Assembly: GCA_020184695.1 (NCBI GenBank)
Contig: JAANOX010000003.1
Coordinates: 62,001-126,000, forward strand
Length of the DNA: 64,000 nucleotides
From: Histomonas meleagridis 2922-C6/04-290x
Lineage: Eukaryota > Protista > Parabasalia
Direction of reading: 5' to 3'
In this document: one piece after another, positions 63,801-64,000 of the stretch
Layout: every line of letters begins with the position of its first letter
Position numbering within the stretch: the first letter of the stretch is position 1
Position numbers and translations under genes: made by a program
The notes under the pieces: generated by a model
Databases searched by the model: none
Told to the model about the DNA's origin: nothing
What the model saw: the letters and a program-made list of their open reading frames with translations, nothing else

Positions 63801-63825
63801 TAATTTGGCTGCACTACAAAATTGA
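60811..63825 (+). CDS. Importin-beta family protein (importin-4/Kap123-like)
   Basis: IBN_N-like start (AQQSLNSLKDNP...SRQYASIIIRKLI), HEAT repeats and an acidic loop (EDDENDEFDNSEED). Confidence 0.75.
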   Translation: MSEEFIPIFETVVSQVLSGDQTQMKNAQQSLNSLKDNPNSLFALLAVINQSQSQTSRQYASIIIRKLIRVHKETLTPEFQMQLFVPLSQAIKNEQSFVNRCNICDILTDMSISPEELINLSSQLIQLNFLSTSFYLLYNFFYTLEYPQKEALSLQLYPICVSSLTNDDPEVRIQSSLFLQLLITEVPDSPAIVGNAEFAQIIEFKAANLANIPNMSQREATELFNLIGCVIHNALPCFIERHVGFAQFTSAFIIQQSIDPYIRYAAIEALSNLFEITIDSLVPILPAIFQNCLIFSVELSTIDQGSEDYTFIGNLIDIISTSIEPEVYFAPFFQLICGLISTQNEMSQRVAIYALSSLILPIGDFIYNEDYIDQIIEIIITELNCPSLIIINETGDLVSSLCEAIPTEISDYVDDIFRLLLGHVNLPKCFRALIDLLSCTTEPPTDLEAAIQFVIDLIPKSSKETHESLVLLLSNLLYNYENINEGIYQVLSPIIGGLLSGDLNQRGLAIIVFGDLVRICPRSVVSDLNNFLPIILQSFTNDDFETNQNCCICILHICEFQAQYLIPSLETIFNALDIILQMKSANIKVEDDENDEFDNSEEDTDTKETILFASFHKMQIIALQCLATLCSNLPQYTSAHFERILNITNDIISGIYYSNEAIQTLSLLANGYKAMNIDPSPIFQIIFQQISIPNEIQNCCAAWQTLDELIQLFGLPLINVYIDSIHQELLNVFLHKKNIYNQKGDKSEILWEIQNSVFSILETIVETLKDNSEKYLEDIVKSLLELMQNPKKKSYSKAIHSLIIISTNVTRFNELFTVALNPTINNLKHKSNSIKTLTISTLNIALHYNPNSLLPIKDNLINYLWEIISKVINGNKEFSPLAEEAFALWFSMVQIYQINVNLDVLESVWEAAYFTTNSEVLKYVANFAVLCGQFQSEKIRTNLIIFAITVFASNENIIRKVAPDALRFLAALVTSATQEQIAEQLSFNSASITRLQNNLAALQN

Positions 63826-64000
63826 TATTTATAATAAATAAATTATTATTCATTTCATTATATTTTGTAAATTATATACTACTGAAGAAATTCAACAAAA
63901 ATTTAAAGATGAAATCAAAACGAATATTTTTGGTTCATCGATAAAATTAATGAACATTATGTAGAACTTTATAAGAAGTAATTAAAGAAGGAGTAAATCC

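Overview
AT-rich, gene-dense eukaryotic DNA. It is most likely from a parabasalid (Tritrichomonas/Trichomonas-like); this is an inference from a hydrogenosomal-type NuoE with an ML...R presequence, DUF3447-type ankyrin genes, BspA-like LRR proteins, and Inr/M3-like promoter motifs. I found no canonical GT-AG introns. Housekeeping genes include two importin-beta-like HEAT proteins, a Cdc15/SepH-type STE kinase, Nrap/Utp22, TFIIH p44/Ssl1, an actin-like protein, Exo84-like and RasGAP-like proteins, and NuoE. Secreted or surface genes include a membrane-anchored papain protease, a GH13 amylase, BspA, a Bacteroidetes-fimbrillin-like protein and a frameshifted bacterial-type surface protein. There is one complete Mutator (MULE) transposon with 116-bp TIRs and a 9-bp TSD. 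The main unexplained signal is four arrays of ankyrin 'cassettes' (about 2.1-3.8, 30.1-31.5, 42.0-43.5 and 57.3-57.8 kb). Each cassette is a 31-codon ankyrin core, nearly always intact. Cores are separated by AT-rich, stop-containing, frame-breaking spacers, usually exactly 77 nt (170-nt period) and otherwise mostly 77 +/- 20n nt. The spacers are built from a degenerate 20-mer, carry a position-fixed ATTTGGAA motif, and lack GT-AG ends. This suggests an undescribed non-canonical intron class, a DNA-level cassette assembly or excision system, or a nucleosome-phased array. All coordinates and counts were read by hand; no database searches were run.
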